Positions 26,832-38,867 of a stretch of 64,000 bases of DNA are shown piece by piece (positions within the stretch are counted from its first letter, which is position 1; every line of letters starts with the position of its first letter). The stretch comes from Antedon mediterranea (taxonomy: Eukaryota > Animalia > Echinodermata). The notes beneath the pieces were generated by a model that ran no database searches, was not told where the DNA came from, and saw only the letters and a list, made by a program, of their open reading frames with translations. Location: positions 26,846,001-26,910,000 of the forward strand of contig NC_092674.1 of the NCBI RefSeq assembly GCF_964355755.1, written 5' to 3'. The position numbers and the translations under genes are program-made.

Positions 26832-27631
26832 TTATACTTTTTTTAAATGAAAAGAAATGTACATTTTTTCCCTGAAATATATTTTATTTACACAAATGTG
26901 AGGAAATTAATAAATTTTATAATTGCTGAAATAAATAAAATGTTAAATAGTAATATAATTTTTTTCAAAAATTAAAATGTCACTTTCACAGAAGGTCCTA
27001 ACAAAGTACAGTGGTTTCAACAAGAAGCCTCTGGAAAAAAGCCACTCAACAACATATTATTTTGCACTCTTAAAAAAAAGACAAAAAAAAGATAGTAATA
27101 TGTTCATTTCTCTGCGATATCACTTTGTAAAAGATTTTTTTTGTTGCCAATTTTCCCCAAGCCAACATTTGACATTTTCTTTCACAAATCTTGATAAATT
27201 AAATTATCCTTGCTGATTCACTATCCCCTTCTCTTAAACAGAAAAACCAAATGAAAGAACGAAAGTATCACTGTTTGTTATTGTCTATAATTGAAGGACA
27301 CATATTGGCACTAAAAGGATTTATTCTGTGATAAAATTATGAAAAGATCATAAAAGAAAACATTTATTATGAAAAAAAAATATCTAAAAATTCCAGGAAA
27401 ACATTAATGGTTATATTATTGTCATCTGCATATATTTTTAAAATATTACAAGTAGACTTTATTTTCAGTTGGTAAAGAAAATATCTAGATTTGAACTAAA
27501 AGGAACACATTTATTTATAGGAAAAAAATATATTGAGCTGTTTATTTTTGATAATAATTATTTTTTCTGATAACCGTATTGTGAGATGCAAGCCTTATGA
27601 TCTGTTTGGTGATTTTTAGAAGTTAGGGATC

Positions 27632-27831
27632 ATCATGTTAAAATTATTCTACTGCAGTCACTGCAGTAATTTAAAAAATTGCAATACTATTTTAGTTTGT
27701 TTCTAATGGTGAAGCATTCATTGCCATAAACAGTGGTAATAAAAAATAATTACATGAAATTACATGAACATGCTTATAGATAAAAAATGTTGTGTTACTG
27801 CAGTAACTGTATTAGAATAATTTAGCATGGT
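27632..27831. mobile_element. MITE-like element with ~37-bp imperfect TIRs
   Basis: ATCATGTTAAAATTATTCTACTGCAGTCACTGCAGTAA versus TTACTGCAGTAACTGTATTAGAATAATTTAGCATGGT. Confidence 0.65.
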
Positions 27832-28605
27832 TCCTAAGTCAAGTAAAAATAACTTTTTCATTCTTCTGAACTTCATTCGACAAGATAGAGAAAATGTTTA
27901 AAATGACTTAGTTGATGAATAAAATGTATGAAGTAGGAAGGAAATTTTTGTCAAAAATCTAAATATTTTGGCTTTGTTGTTTCAGCAAATGACTTTAGAA
28001 AGGAAGGTTCTGTTTGTTCACTTTGCATACATGACATTATACTGAAATATAGATCTGTTAGACTTCTACTTAAAGTAATCAATAGGAATATAGTAAATGC
28101 AACGACATTACTTAATATCTAGAAAAACAAATCAATCACAGTCTCGGCCCTAAGCAACTGAAAAGGGAAAAACAAGAAATTTCAACTTTAACCTTTTGAT
28201 TAATTGTATCTAAATTTTGAAGTATATATAGATTTGGAAATCAGTGTTAAGTTGTTATATTTCTGCTGTCTATATGGTTAGCCATTAAAGAAGAAAGGGT
28301 ATAGGGGTTTAGTGCTGCAGACTTTCCAATTCTTTGGTTGTAGGTTTGATTATTTCTCTGGTCAGTTACTGAAAGCTTACTCTAATGCAATAGGTCAATT
28401 TATCTTAGGCTCTTAAACTAACTTAAATAATTTATACCTGAAAAAGAATATGGAAATATATTATATAGTAGTAGTGTCCATCATAGTTCAGAATTAGGAG
28501 ATTTTGTGATCCATTGTACCATGAATGGATAATCTTTTACTACTTTTGAGTTTTCTTCCAAGTTCTTTTTGTATACTATACAGGTGTTTTATTTTTCAAC
28601 AACAG

Positions 28606-28860
28606 AACTTCTTGCTTAAGGAGCTAATGACACTGGCAGGTCTTGACCTTTTGCCAGTAGAGCTTCTTGCCCAAGGAACTAACAGCACTGCCATCCATGT
28701 CTTGAAATCTTCTAAAACACTAGGCAATGGCAGTAAAACTTCTTACCCAAGGAACTAACAGCACTGCCATCCATGTCCTGAACTCTTTCAAAACTTGAGG
28801 CAATGACGGTAGAGCTTCTTGCCCGAAGAACCAAAGGCACTGCCATTTCTTGAACTCTTT
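28606..28860. repeat. ~75-bp tandem repeat, 3 copies plus a partial
   Basis: GTAGAGCTTCTTGCCCAAGGAACTAACAGCACTGCCAT and variants at ~28656, 28731 and 28807. Confidence 0.85.
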
Positions 28861-29137
28861 TCACAAATTCTTCCATTTGTTATAATTTGTTTATCGGAAA
28901 CATAATTATTAATCAAATCACCTCTCTCTGAATTGATTCTCAGAATTTCTAAAAATAATTTTCAGTCTAGTGCAACAATTTGCAATCAGCCTTAGGGTAA
29001 CTCATGTTGATACCTTGTATGGAGTATCTTGTAATTTATGATTGATTGTGATCACTATATATTACAAAATGATAAATGTTCTCTAATAGTCATCATTTAT
29101 TGTACAGCAGTTTTTTTCTTCTACAAGGGGTTGTATA

Positions 29138-29340
29138 CTGACGAGTGGCAGTTAAAGGCAGGGGCATTGCGAGCCGTAGCCGTACAATCAGCAGGTCAGG
29201 TTCTCCTTTACTAAAGTTCAAGTTCTAGTGATAGAACAAGTCTTCTCGATAAACTGGAGGGTCTGTATACACATCTGTCACATCACTTAAAAGAACCCAG
29301 TGCATCTTTGGGAGAGTAGCTGGTTACCCTGGTGTACATT
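29138..29340 (+). mobile_element. Old, diverged Deu/Nin-domain SINE copy
   Basis: TAGAACAAGTCTTCTCGATAAAC...GTATACACATCT...CACTTAAAAGAACCCAGTGCATCTTT...GGTTACCCTGGTGTAC. Confidence 0.6.
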
Positions 29341-30803
29341 TCTTTCAGCCCCTTACAAAATACAAAACAATAAAATGGAAAAATTATGAAGTTTGTAAGA
29401 AGAAGAAGATCTGCTGGTAACTTTAAGTATAGACCAGAGACATTCCTAACTTTGACTTTTGTTTATAGAAGACATTTTAAATGCTTTTTATGTTTTAAAT
29501 AGATGCTGTACGAGATTTAATTGATTATTATTTATTTGTGTTGCATACAAATTGTTTTTATTATGAGGAGAAGAGAGAAAGTAACTAGACTACCTTTGAT
29601 TAATTTCAATTGTTTGTATCACTATTTTTAAATGGAAAACCTTGAGGAATGAATATTTTTAGTTTTACATTCATCAAATATTTCATAAAGAAACGTGGGT
29701 AGAATCAATCATAAGTGAGGTTTTTTTACGACTCGTTGATCAAATACCGCAAAAACCATTTATCAAGCACTCGAGGTAAAGCACTGAATACTAAGCAAAC
29801 ATGGCGGTGAATTCTTATTGATAAAACAATGATCTTATTCACAAAAGTAAATTACTTTCTGCAATACGTTTTTGATTACACTATTTTGAACTTAAACCAG
29901 TATTTAAAAACGTGGCAAATTAATGATTTGTAATGAGCTATTAATAGAACACACATAAAATATTTCAGAGAATTCAGATAATAATAATAAAAAAACTATA
30001 TGATTTTTATCATGAGGTATAAATACTGGACAGCTTCAGCTGTTTCCATGTAATTTAGCAACTTTCCCTTGTTGAATACATTTGTTAAATTTAAATGTAT
30101 GTAATGTAATACCGCAACCTAATCATTCATTTATACTTTTGAGGGTTTAATTTTCTGAAAATAGATGTTATCTGCTCGTAAAAATGCATAAATGAAATTT
30201 AAACATGAATTGGCAAAATGGTCGATTATTATTAGATATAAATAACCATTTCACAAATTTTAGAGACTCTTAGTTTATAATGTGAAGTACTAGATATGAA
30301 TATTCTACTAATGTATGTTTGTACCTAGTTGGATATAGACTCACCGCAATCATGCAGTAGTGCATATGAGGAACTACTAAATTATATATAAAATTTAAGA
30401 ATTAGCAGTGCAGTGATTTTAGCACTCTTTTTGCTTAAGTCAAGATAGTGCTTTAAAGTAGAAAACTATGGACATCATTTTAAAGTATTTTGAAACTTAA
30501 TTAAGCAAAATTGTTGACAAAGTTAAAGAGTTTTTTTTTTGCTCAGCATGCTTGATAAATCCCTGGATGTTACAGTATTTACAGTGGGCCGAAAAACAAT
30601 ATAGGCCTACAAACATTTTAAATTTAGAATGAGTGGAAACAACTGCCAGTGGCCATATTCACCAATCACACTTAAACTACGTTAAATGTAAATACTATAT
30701 GGTCCTTAAATAGTTAAAAATGAAATGTGAAAAATAAGTTGATTATTCTCTGTATTTATGTGTGTAAAGTGTCATCATTATGTATCAAATGTTGATCTTT
30801 CAG

Positions 30804-31067
30804 AATCGAGTTGGTAGCAAGTTTACATATGTTTTAGCGCTATTTGTCAACACGATGACGTGGTGGAAGACTGTCCTCTATATGCTGATGTACACCGACT
30901 TTTGCAATGGAAACGACATGATCGGGACGAGTGATCCACTCCTTCTAATCTTTTGTTTCTTCATTCCAAATGGTTTCTGGATCCTTGTGCCCGGAATGAG
31001 TATCATATCCCTCGGGAAAAGGTTAGCCAGTAAGGTTGATAGAAATGAAAGAAACTATGATGACTAA
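30804..31067 (+). CDS. Terminal coding exon of an EXPERA-domain / emopamil-binding-protein-like multi-pass membrane protein
   Basis: Acceptor TCTTTCAG at 30803, phase 0. The peptide has the TWWKTVLY helix and the FFIPNGFWILVP motif (cf. the N-x-x-W-x-x-x-P C-terminal EXPERA/EBP helix), two TM segments, stop TAA and AATAAA at 31090. Upstream exons not located. Confidence 0.75.
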   Translation, partial: NRVGSKFTYVLALFVNTMTWWKTVLYMLMYTDFCNGNDMIGTSDPLLLIFCFFIPNGFWILVPGMSIISLGKRLASKVDRNERNYDD

Positions 31068-32099
31068 ACATTTAAAATGTTGTTATTTGAATAAATTTAA
31101 TATTCCGGTAATTATAGTACACATATTTTGCCTAAAACCAATGTTTTAATCTCCATAAAAAGTATTCTTTATTATTTTTATTTATATGATTATTTTAGTT
31201 GATCTAGTATAGACATTATAAATAATCCTGTGCAGTGCAATGTATTGCATACTTCCAACAACAATACATTTTATTGCATTTAATTAAGGTTAATATTTAA
31301 TCAAGGAATCATCAGGAGTAAATATGTAATTTGTTAAAATTTCAATGTGAATAATTATATAATCTTTTAAACCAAAGACAATAAGTGCAACTTAAATTGA
31401 TAAAGTTAAGAATTAAAATATTGTAAGGATTACATAGTTTCAGCTCTCCCGGCCCTCAAATTAGACCTTTAAATTATACAGACCTTAAATTGAAACTCTT
31501 AGATTAAGATGTCTCCAAGACCAAAGATTCCTGTTGCAGCTCTCCCTCAAATTGAAGGCTGTTTCTAAATAAAGACCATTTAAGTTTCCAGTTTGAAACC
31601 TATAGTATAGTAGTGTGGTATCATGTAAATTTTAATTTAAAAATATATAGTAAAAAAATAACTACTACTAGTAAACCAAATTTCAGTGAAAATGTAATTT
31701 ATTGGAAATTTTAACATCAAGTCTAAATAAGGTGAAATCTAAATACTTGTTATGTGATTAATGTTTGATTTACCATGATCTAGTACTTTTTAAAGAAATA
31801 GTACAATTAAATAAAATATGCAATTTTATAGTAGTGTATTGTCTTATTATTGTTGTTTTTGATAATAGATAAATACATTTGTGTAACACTTTTGTCAAAG
31901 ATACGTACAAATAAAATAAAGACCATTGGATTTTTTTCAAGCGATTGAGATTGAAATGAGGACCATGGGGGACACGTGTGCACATTATGTTCGAAAACAA
32001 AGGGACCACCGTCGGGATTTCGGCAGTGTCTCTATCTGTGAAGTTGTCAATAAAGAGATGTAAAGGCAATGTACATTTTATCAAAGTGAGAATAACCTT

Positions 32100-34000
32100 A
32101 CTTGTTATCATTGCAATATTCGCGCGCTTTTCGTATGGTTTTTAAATTATTTTTTAGAGTGCTACTCAACTTAATTTTGCGCGCCAAATCCTTCTGTTAC
32201 GTGTACAAGCTTTACAACCGTATTTATAATGTGGGTGCTAATAATTGAGGTCCTTACTACACCAAAATTAAATCAAATTGTGCCGTCAATGATTGTCCGA
32301 TTATGTATGTGAAGGATAAGCTTGCTCTTGGCTAAAATACCATTTTTGCATATGGTCGCCCGTGTATGTATCGCGCATTTTAAATATAATTAAGCGAACA
32401 GAATAAAAACGAAATCTGTGTGTAAAAAGGCCATATACATGGCTGCAGTCGTGTGCTCAATATAGTGTTTACCGACCAACTGACCGAACGATCTACCGAC
32501 CGACCGACATAGTGAGCTGTAGAGTCGTGTTGCACGCGACTAAAAACTGTAAATAATAATGATGTCGATATTATGTGGTTCGAATCTCAGAGCAACTTCT
32601 TTTTAACTTTATAGTGAGAGAGATTATTTAAAGGGTTAGAAGTTATATTTAGAAAGTAGGTCGGTTATCTTTCACATACCGGTACCAATTTACGTACGAT
32701 AAAAAACACCGTAAGTCGCAGATAAATCGTTACGATAATTAAACTCTTCTCTTCCCTGATCGTACGGTATGTGCACTAAATACACATATTCGCGTTAAAA
32801 AAAAAAGTCGACAAATTAAGCTGCGCTGTTTTGACACGAAGAACGCTAAAATATTTTAATGTAAATTTAATTAAATCCTAAGTGATAATAATTAGTTTAA
32901 TTTTAATTTAAATCCGTCGACTAACAGTTTTTTGTTTTTAATATAACTTAAGTTTAACAATATAACATACTGCAGTACAATAATATTGCCGAAGTTTATA
33001 AATCGGAAATGCGTGTAAATGCGTGGTTCGTTACTTCGCGCTACGCAAGCGTAACGGAAGTGCGTTAAGGAAACGCGTTTTATTGGCGCGCGCAGATCAG
33101 TTACTGATTTTATAATGAGATACAAGAAAAGGCATGTACGTACGTACACTGTATATGAATGTGGACTATCGTGGTTTATCTGTCCTCCTGTGACTATGCA
33201 TTTTGTTGGAAGTTTGATGAACTTTGAAAACGTAAAAAATGTTAGATGAGCGCCGATAACAATAATGTTGTAATTCGGTTGCATTCTGAATGCAAGAAAA
33301 AAAACATGACACATCATTCCTACTTTAACAAAATAAATTGATAAATATTTATATTTGATTAAGTATTAAACTATAGAACTGTAGGCCTACTATAATTTAT
33401 ACCGAAAATATCTTCAGTCCACATTATTTATCATAAAAACTTAATAATTGCAATAGTTTTCAAATCAGTCTTTTATTTATTTTCTAGATTTTGTATTATT
33501 AGTGACGTGTCATCTAGTTGTAAATATTATAATATCATAGTAACAGCGTAGAAGGCTTTATACGGGTAATAAAAAATATTAAATGGACGCCAGAGATTTT
33601 GGGCTGAACTTATTTTTTTTTAATGGTGATTGCTAGATGGAGAGCGCCACCAATTTGGACTTATCGATTGCAGTCTCACCACACAACATACTGACATTCT
33701 ATATCAACACGCGAAACGAAAAATTCAAATTAATTTGTATAATACTGCTCATTTTGTAAAATAAAACAATTTTAGGAAATTTATGAAAATAATTAAACAA
33801 TATGAATTCAATACTTTCTATTCATAAGCAAAAATTTGCGTTTTGGTAGTTTTTTGCGATCTAGGTTTTCATAGCGGATGTGTATGCGTAAATCTTTAGA
33901 AAAGTTGAGTTAGCAAGTTTGAGTCAGCTGTGTGTGTCGTGTAAACACAATCTCGGCAATCATTTATCGCATGGTCGGCGTCAGGAACGTTTCATTCATG
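32100..34000 (+). promoter_or_regulatory. CpG-enriched upstream/promoter region of the Fat-like gene
   Basis: Marked local rise in CpG (e.g. 33010-33095, TTCGCGCTACGCAAGCGTAACGGAAGTGCG...ATTGGCGCGCGC, with an ETS-like CGGAAGT and a reverse CCAAT) against a CpG-poor background. Confidence 0.5.
32405..32546. mobile_element. Short Helentron/DINE-like element
   Basis: (CCGA)n microsatellite, repeated AGTCGTGT, and terminal hairpin AGTCGTGT-TGC-ACGCGACT followed by an A-run. Confidence 0.55.
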
Positions 34001-34126
34001 AGATAACTATTTGTTCTTGGACATTTTAATAGGAATTACTCGTTATATTTATGTGAATTTGGAATAATTATTGTTTGGTATATGCGAGAGGATTCTTTAT
34101 CTGTAAATGATGTAACTAACAGTAAG
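33900..34126 (+). other. Probable non-coding first exon of the Fat-like gene (start approximate)
   Basis: Donor AAG|GTATGT at 34126/34127 (alternative ACA|GTAAGG 5 nt upstream) lies upstream of the acceptor TTTTTTCAG at 34748, which precedes the ATG by 77 nt. Confidence 0.4.
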
Positions 34127-34825
34127 GTATGTAATTTTGCTTTCTATCCTCCTACTCTAGTGTAACCAAACGGGAGCGGAGTTCATAGGCTACCCAGTAC
34201 CAGTTGGGTTATTTATTTGGGACCGGTTGAGGAGGAGATGAGAACATCACTCACTGCTGGGCCTTTGATTATCATCGTTAATAAATAGACAGGTTTTCAT
34301 GTGATAATCGATCAATTTATTTTGAAAAACGGTGCATATGTTATGAGCTGTATGGTATACATTTAATATTTATACACATGTACAATATTTTAATTCCCCT
34401 TTTATTTTACTACGCGTGTTTTTTTCTCATTGTTAAAAAAAAAAATTCATGTCCAGACTTGAGACTGAGTAGCTAGTAGTACAGTAGGCCTAATTACTAA
34501 ACTGAATTGTTTATTTTTAATTAAGATTTAGTCAGGTGTGATAAATTGTTTTAGAACTTCTTATAATAATTTTATTCTATACGACATTCAACAAATAAAT
34601 TGTGTATTATAATCAAAATTTCATTACATGGTAGAATAAAATAATATTATGATAAATTATATTTCACTTTATATATAGAATTGTTTGTGAAGACATTTTA
34701 TAAAATACAACTTATTATTATTATTTAAGATTTAATTTGTTTTTTCAGGTTTGAACATAATAGTGTGACGCTCATCCTTCATTTCATCGTACATCACAAA
34801 GGAACTGCAATATCACATCGTTAAA

Positions 34826-37800
34826 ATGAGCATCCAAAGAGTAGTAATGTGGGGCCTATTACTGGTGTTACTCAACACTGTGGTCATCGAAGCCCAAACT
34901 GGAAGATTTGAATTTACCCGGGCCGTTTACAAAGCATCTATAGAAGAGACTAGTAAAACAAATATCTACATAACATCTGAAACTAAAATGGGTATTTATA
35001 TAACAGATTTGGAACTGTCATCAAAAATAGTCTACACAATTCAAGGAAGGGAATCTTCGACTTTTAAAGTAGACAATGCAAAGCAAGTAGGAGATTTTGT
35101 TTTCTTAAGAATCCATCCAAAGACAACATTAAACAGAGAAAGAACTCCAAGCTGGGTTCTGCGTGTGACTGCAAGATCAACTGATCAAGATGACAATACA
35201 CTTGAGACGGAGACTGAAATTCAGCTTACGATCGAGGATATCAATGATTTGAGACCTATATTCTTGGGCTCCTCCGAACCTCTGAACATCCGAGAGGATA
35301 CACCAGTTCAGACTACAATCTGTACTGTGAAAGCCAGTGATGCAGATTCAGGGACAAACGCTGATATTTACTATCAATTTCTCGAGGATACAGAGTACTT
35401 TGTTATACATCCTACTAGTGGAGGAATTTCATTAACAAGACCTCTAAGACCTCATCGAGAAAAGGCAGAGTATTCGTTGTTGATTCAAGCTCAGGATCGG
35501 GGCGGAAATGATACGCCGCGAACGAGTACAACCTCAATCAATATCAAAGTAGTGGAAGTGAACTATTTTTCACCAATCATTACAGTTGACAGCTTGGAGA
35601 AACTTACTTTGGACTCTCAAATAGGTAAAGTAATAGCATTGCTAACAGTAAATGATGATGATCTTGGAGAAAATGGTGGAATTCGATCTGTTTTGCTAAG
35701 TGGGGATTACAGGGACCATTTTGAAATCACTAAACGCGATAAATATGAAGACTCGTATGCAGTAACAATCGCTAAAGATTTTCCAAGTGATCTTCCCTTG
35801 AGCTTTACTCTGTCTGTTGTAGCGACAGATTCTGGTGGGCCACCTAAAAGTTCTTCAAAGAGAATAACCGTTGAACAAAGTAATAAGCAAATTCCATACT
35901 TTGCACAGAAATTCTTTGAAATAACTGTTTCCGAGTTGGTTCCAATGGATGCACCAATATTCACTGTGGCGTCGGAACAGGTTCTATCTAGTAACAATAT
36001 ACGTCCACAGTATAACATAGCAGCAGGAAATAAACGATCATCTTTTAATATTAATCCTGCTACTGGATACCTGTCTGCAGCTAAGGCCCTTAATCGTGAA
36101 CGATTTGCAAATTTTAACCTAACAATCCGTACTTCCAACGATCCATCCAACATTGCATTTGTTGGCATCAAAGTAAAAGATGAAAATGATAACTTCCCAG
36201 TGTTCCAGAAAAAGCGCTATGAAGCAACTGTAGAAGAGAACCTACCGATCAATTCACCAGTCATTCAGGTATCGGCAACTGATGATGATGATGAAGAAAA
36301 TGGGTATGTCTCGTACAGCATTGCAAATCTCGAACCAGTTCCCTTTCAAATCGACCCATTTACAGGTCATATTAATACTACAATGGTGTTAGATTATGAG
36401 ACAATGAGGAAGAATTTCCGGCTTCATATTAGAGCTTCGGATTGGGGTTCTCCATTCAGAAGAGAGGCAGAAGTTGATGTTCTTGTCACATTGAAGGGAG
36501 TTAATGATAATCAACCAATGTTTGAAAAATCTTACTGTAGTGGTACAATTTCCCGTGATATTCGTAATAGCAATGAAGTTGCTGTGTTTTCTGCCATTGA
36601 TTTTGATGGTGACACGGTTAGTTTTAGCATAGTTAGTGGCAACGTTGATGATTTATTTTCCATTGATAAATCTACCGGAACATTGTCTTTGAAACGGGAG
36701 ATTCAAAATTCAGACACAAATGTATACAATCTTAGATTGATGGCATCTGACGCACCCTCTTCAGCTGGCTACCTCTGGGTGAATGTGTCCATCATTAATG
36801 GTCGAAACGCAAATAATAGAAAAGAGAGGAAAAAAACTGTGACCATTGATTGCGAATCATCTGATGCACTCAAGAAGCAAACTGACATGATATCCAAGTC
36901 TACAAAAGCTAATGCAGTAATTGATGAACCAATGGATGACTTTACTGAACGATTTGGCCGAAATGATTTTGACCCGGAATTTGATGCAGGTTTTCCAAGT
37001 ACCTTTAATGTTCTAGAGAATACTCCAAGAGGAAGCACCATTGTTGATGTCATCGCTCGTGATCGAGATCCAGGTTTCAATGGAATGCTAGTTTATGCCA
37101 TTTCTTCTGGAAATGACAATTTTCCATTTCATCTGGATCACAAATCAGGGGTTCTCAGCATCTTGACCCCACCGGATAGGGAACGCAGAGTAAGATACGA
37201 TCTTTCCATAACTGTAACTGATCTGGGAAGGGATGAAAAATCTGCAAAGAAAGATATTACAATCAATATTTTGGATGTCAATGATAACAGTCCAACATTT
37301 GTTCGAGAAAATTATTCAACATTTCTTGAGGAAAGTGAAGACGTCGGCAATGTAGTTTTACAAGTATCTGCAAATGATCTAGATGCTGGCAGTAATGGTG
37401 ATATCAGATACAGTATACAGACTGACAATGATAACTTCTTAATCGATGCTGTTAATGGTAACATTTCCATAGCAACAGCATTAGATCGAGAATCTATACC
37501 AGTACATGAATTACGAGTTGTTGCGACAGATTCTTCTGAGAGTGCTCCGTTGTCGAGCACTGTCACTGTAACCGTAACTGTACAAGATATCAACGATAAC
37601 ACACCAAGATGTATACCTGAAGACTACACAGTCAGAATGCTGGAGGATTTACCGACGCGTGTTTTAGTTATTGACGTGGAGGCGATTGACGAAGATGAGG
37701 GCGCTAATGGAGATATTACGTATTCCTTAAAGAGAGGTGGGGAAGGCAAGTTTACTATTGATTCAATGATGGGAACCATTCGCTTAGCTGAAAAATTAGA

Positions 37801-38093
37801 CTATGAAACCCAGCAAGTATATAGTTTACTTGTTGAGGTGAAGGATAGTGGTTCACCTCGCAAGAAAGCCACGTGTAGCGTACAGGTGGAAGTCATAGAT
37901 GTTAATGAAAACGTCTATGCTCCATCTTTTGGAGGGCGCTATTACATGAATGGTTCCGTAGAGGAAAACGTGCCTATTAATACGAAGGTTATGAAAGTGA
38001 CTGCGGAAGATCAGGATAGTGGCCGTGATGGAGAAGTTACGTATTCCATTCGAAATGGAAGTGGGCTTGGACGGTTTACTATTGACTCGGAAG
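34826..38093 (+). CDS. FAT1: Fat-like protocadherin (FAT1/2/3, kugelei type), first coding exon: signal peptide plus cadherin repeats EC1 to part of EC10
   Basis: Long ORF with signal peptide and repeated LDRE/LDYE, DxNDN and AxDxD motifs. FAT1-family hallmarks: KMGIYI, VGDFVFLRI, RASDWGSPFRRE, the Cys-containing EC6/EC7 linker and YSIRNGSGLGRF. Donor G|GTAAG at 38093/38094, phase 1. The gene symbol denotes the FAT1/2/3 orthogroup. Confidence 0.95.
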
Positions 38094-38867
38094 GTAAGCA
38101 CATACTTATTTATTTTATGGAGAATATTTTAGTAGAAAGTTGGAAATAAAAGTTACTGATTAAATTTGGTTTGAGTAACATTGTACATGCAGTATTCTGA
38201 AAGTTTAGTTTGTGTTTAGTTTGTATTTAGTCCAATGCAAGTGCTGAGTGAATACAAATAGTCGTCAGAAAATTCCTGTAACCTCCAGCCTCTTCATTAG
38301 CTCAATATTTGATGAAATTTACTAAATACACTAAATCCATTTACAATAATAGTTTCCAAACTTGCCCTCCCCCATCCAATATAATGAATACAATAATTTT
38401 AAGCTGAGCTTATCATAAACAATGATTTCGGATTTCCTGTGGCTTAGTATTATAAATGCACCTTGCTGTAGGTATTATTTCTGTGTATTATATTTGAACA
38501 ACCTAGAATCTATTGTTGACGAACTGTGTACATTAGGGCTTTCAGCTTTTAATGATTTATTAGTTGTGTTTATTAAAGGCAACGTGCCACTTTGTGTACA
38601 CCTCCCCCCTGGTGCTATCGTAGACTTTGTCTGAATAAGTGTTTTACTGTTCACTGATCAAGGCGCCAGTAAATAGTAAAGGCTTTTTAATAAGAGATTT
38701 TAATACCTAACAGTGCTGTTGTGAGGAATGTATGGTATGCATTCAGTGTAAATTATGTGTACAGAGTATATAGTTCAGTTTGTATGTGAAATGCTTATCT
38801 TCAGGTTTTATAATGCTTTAGTTACGATAGTATTTTACACTGATAATATAATTTGTATAGATTCTAT

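Noticed and set aside
35707-38101. Four minus-strand ORFs (82-154 aa)
   Set aside because: Antisense shadows of the cadherin exon with no independent protein features.
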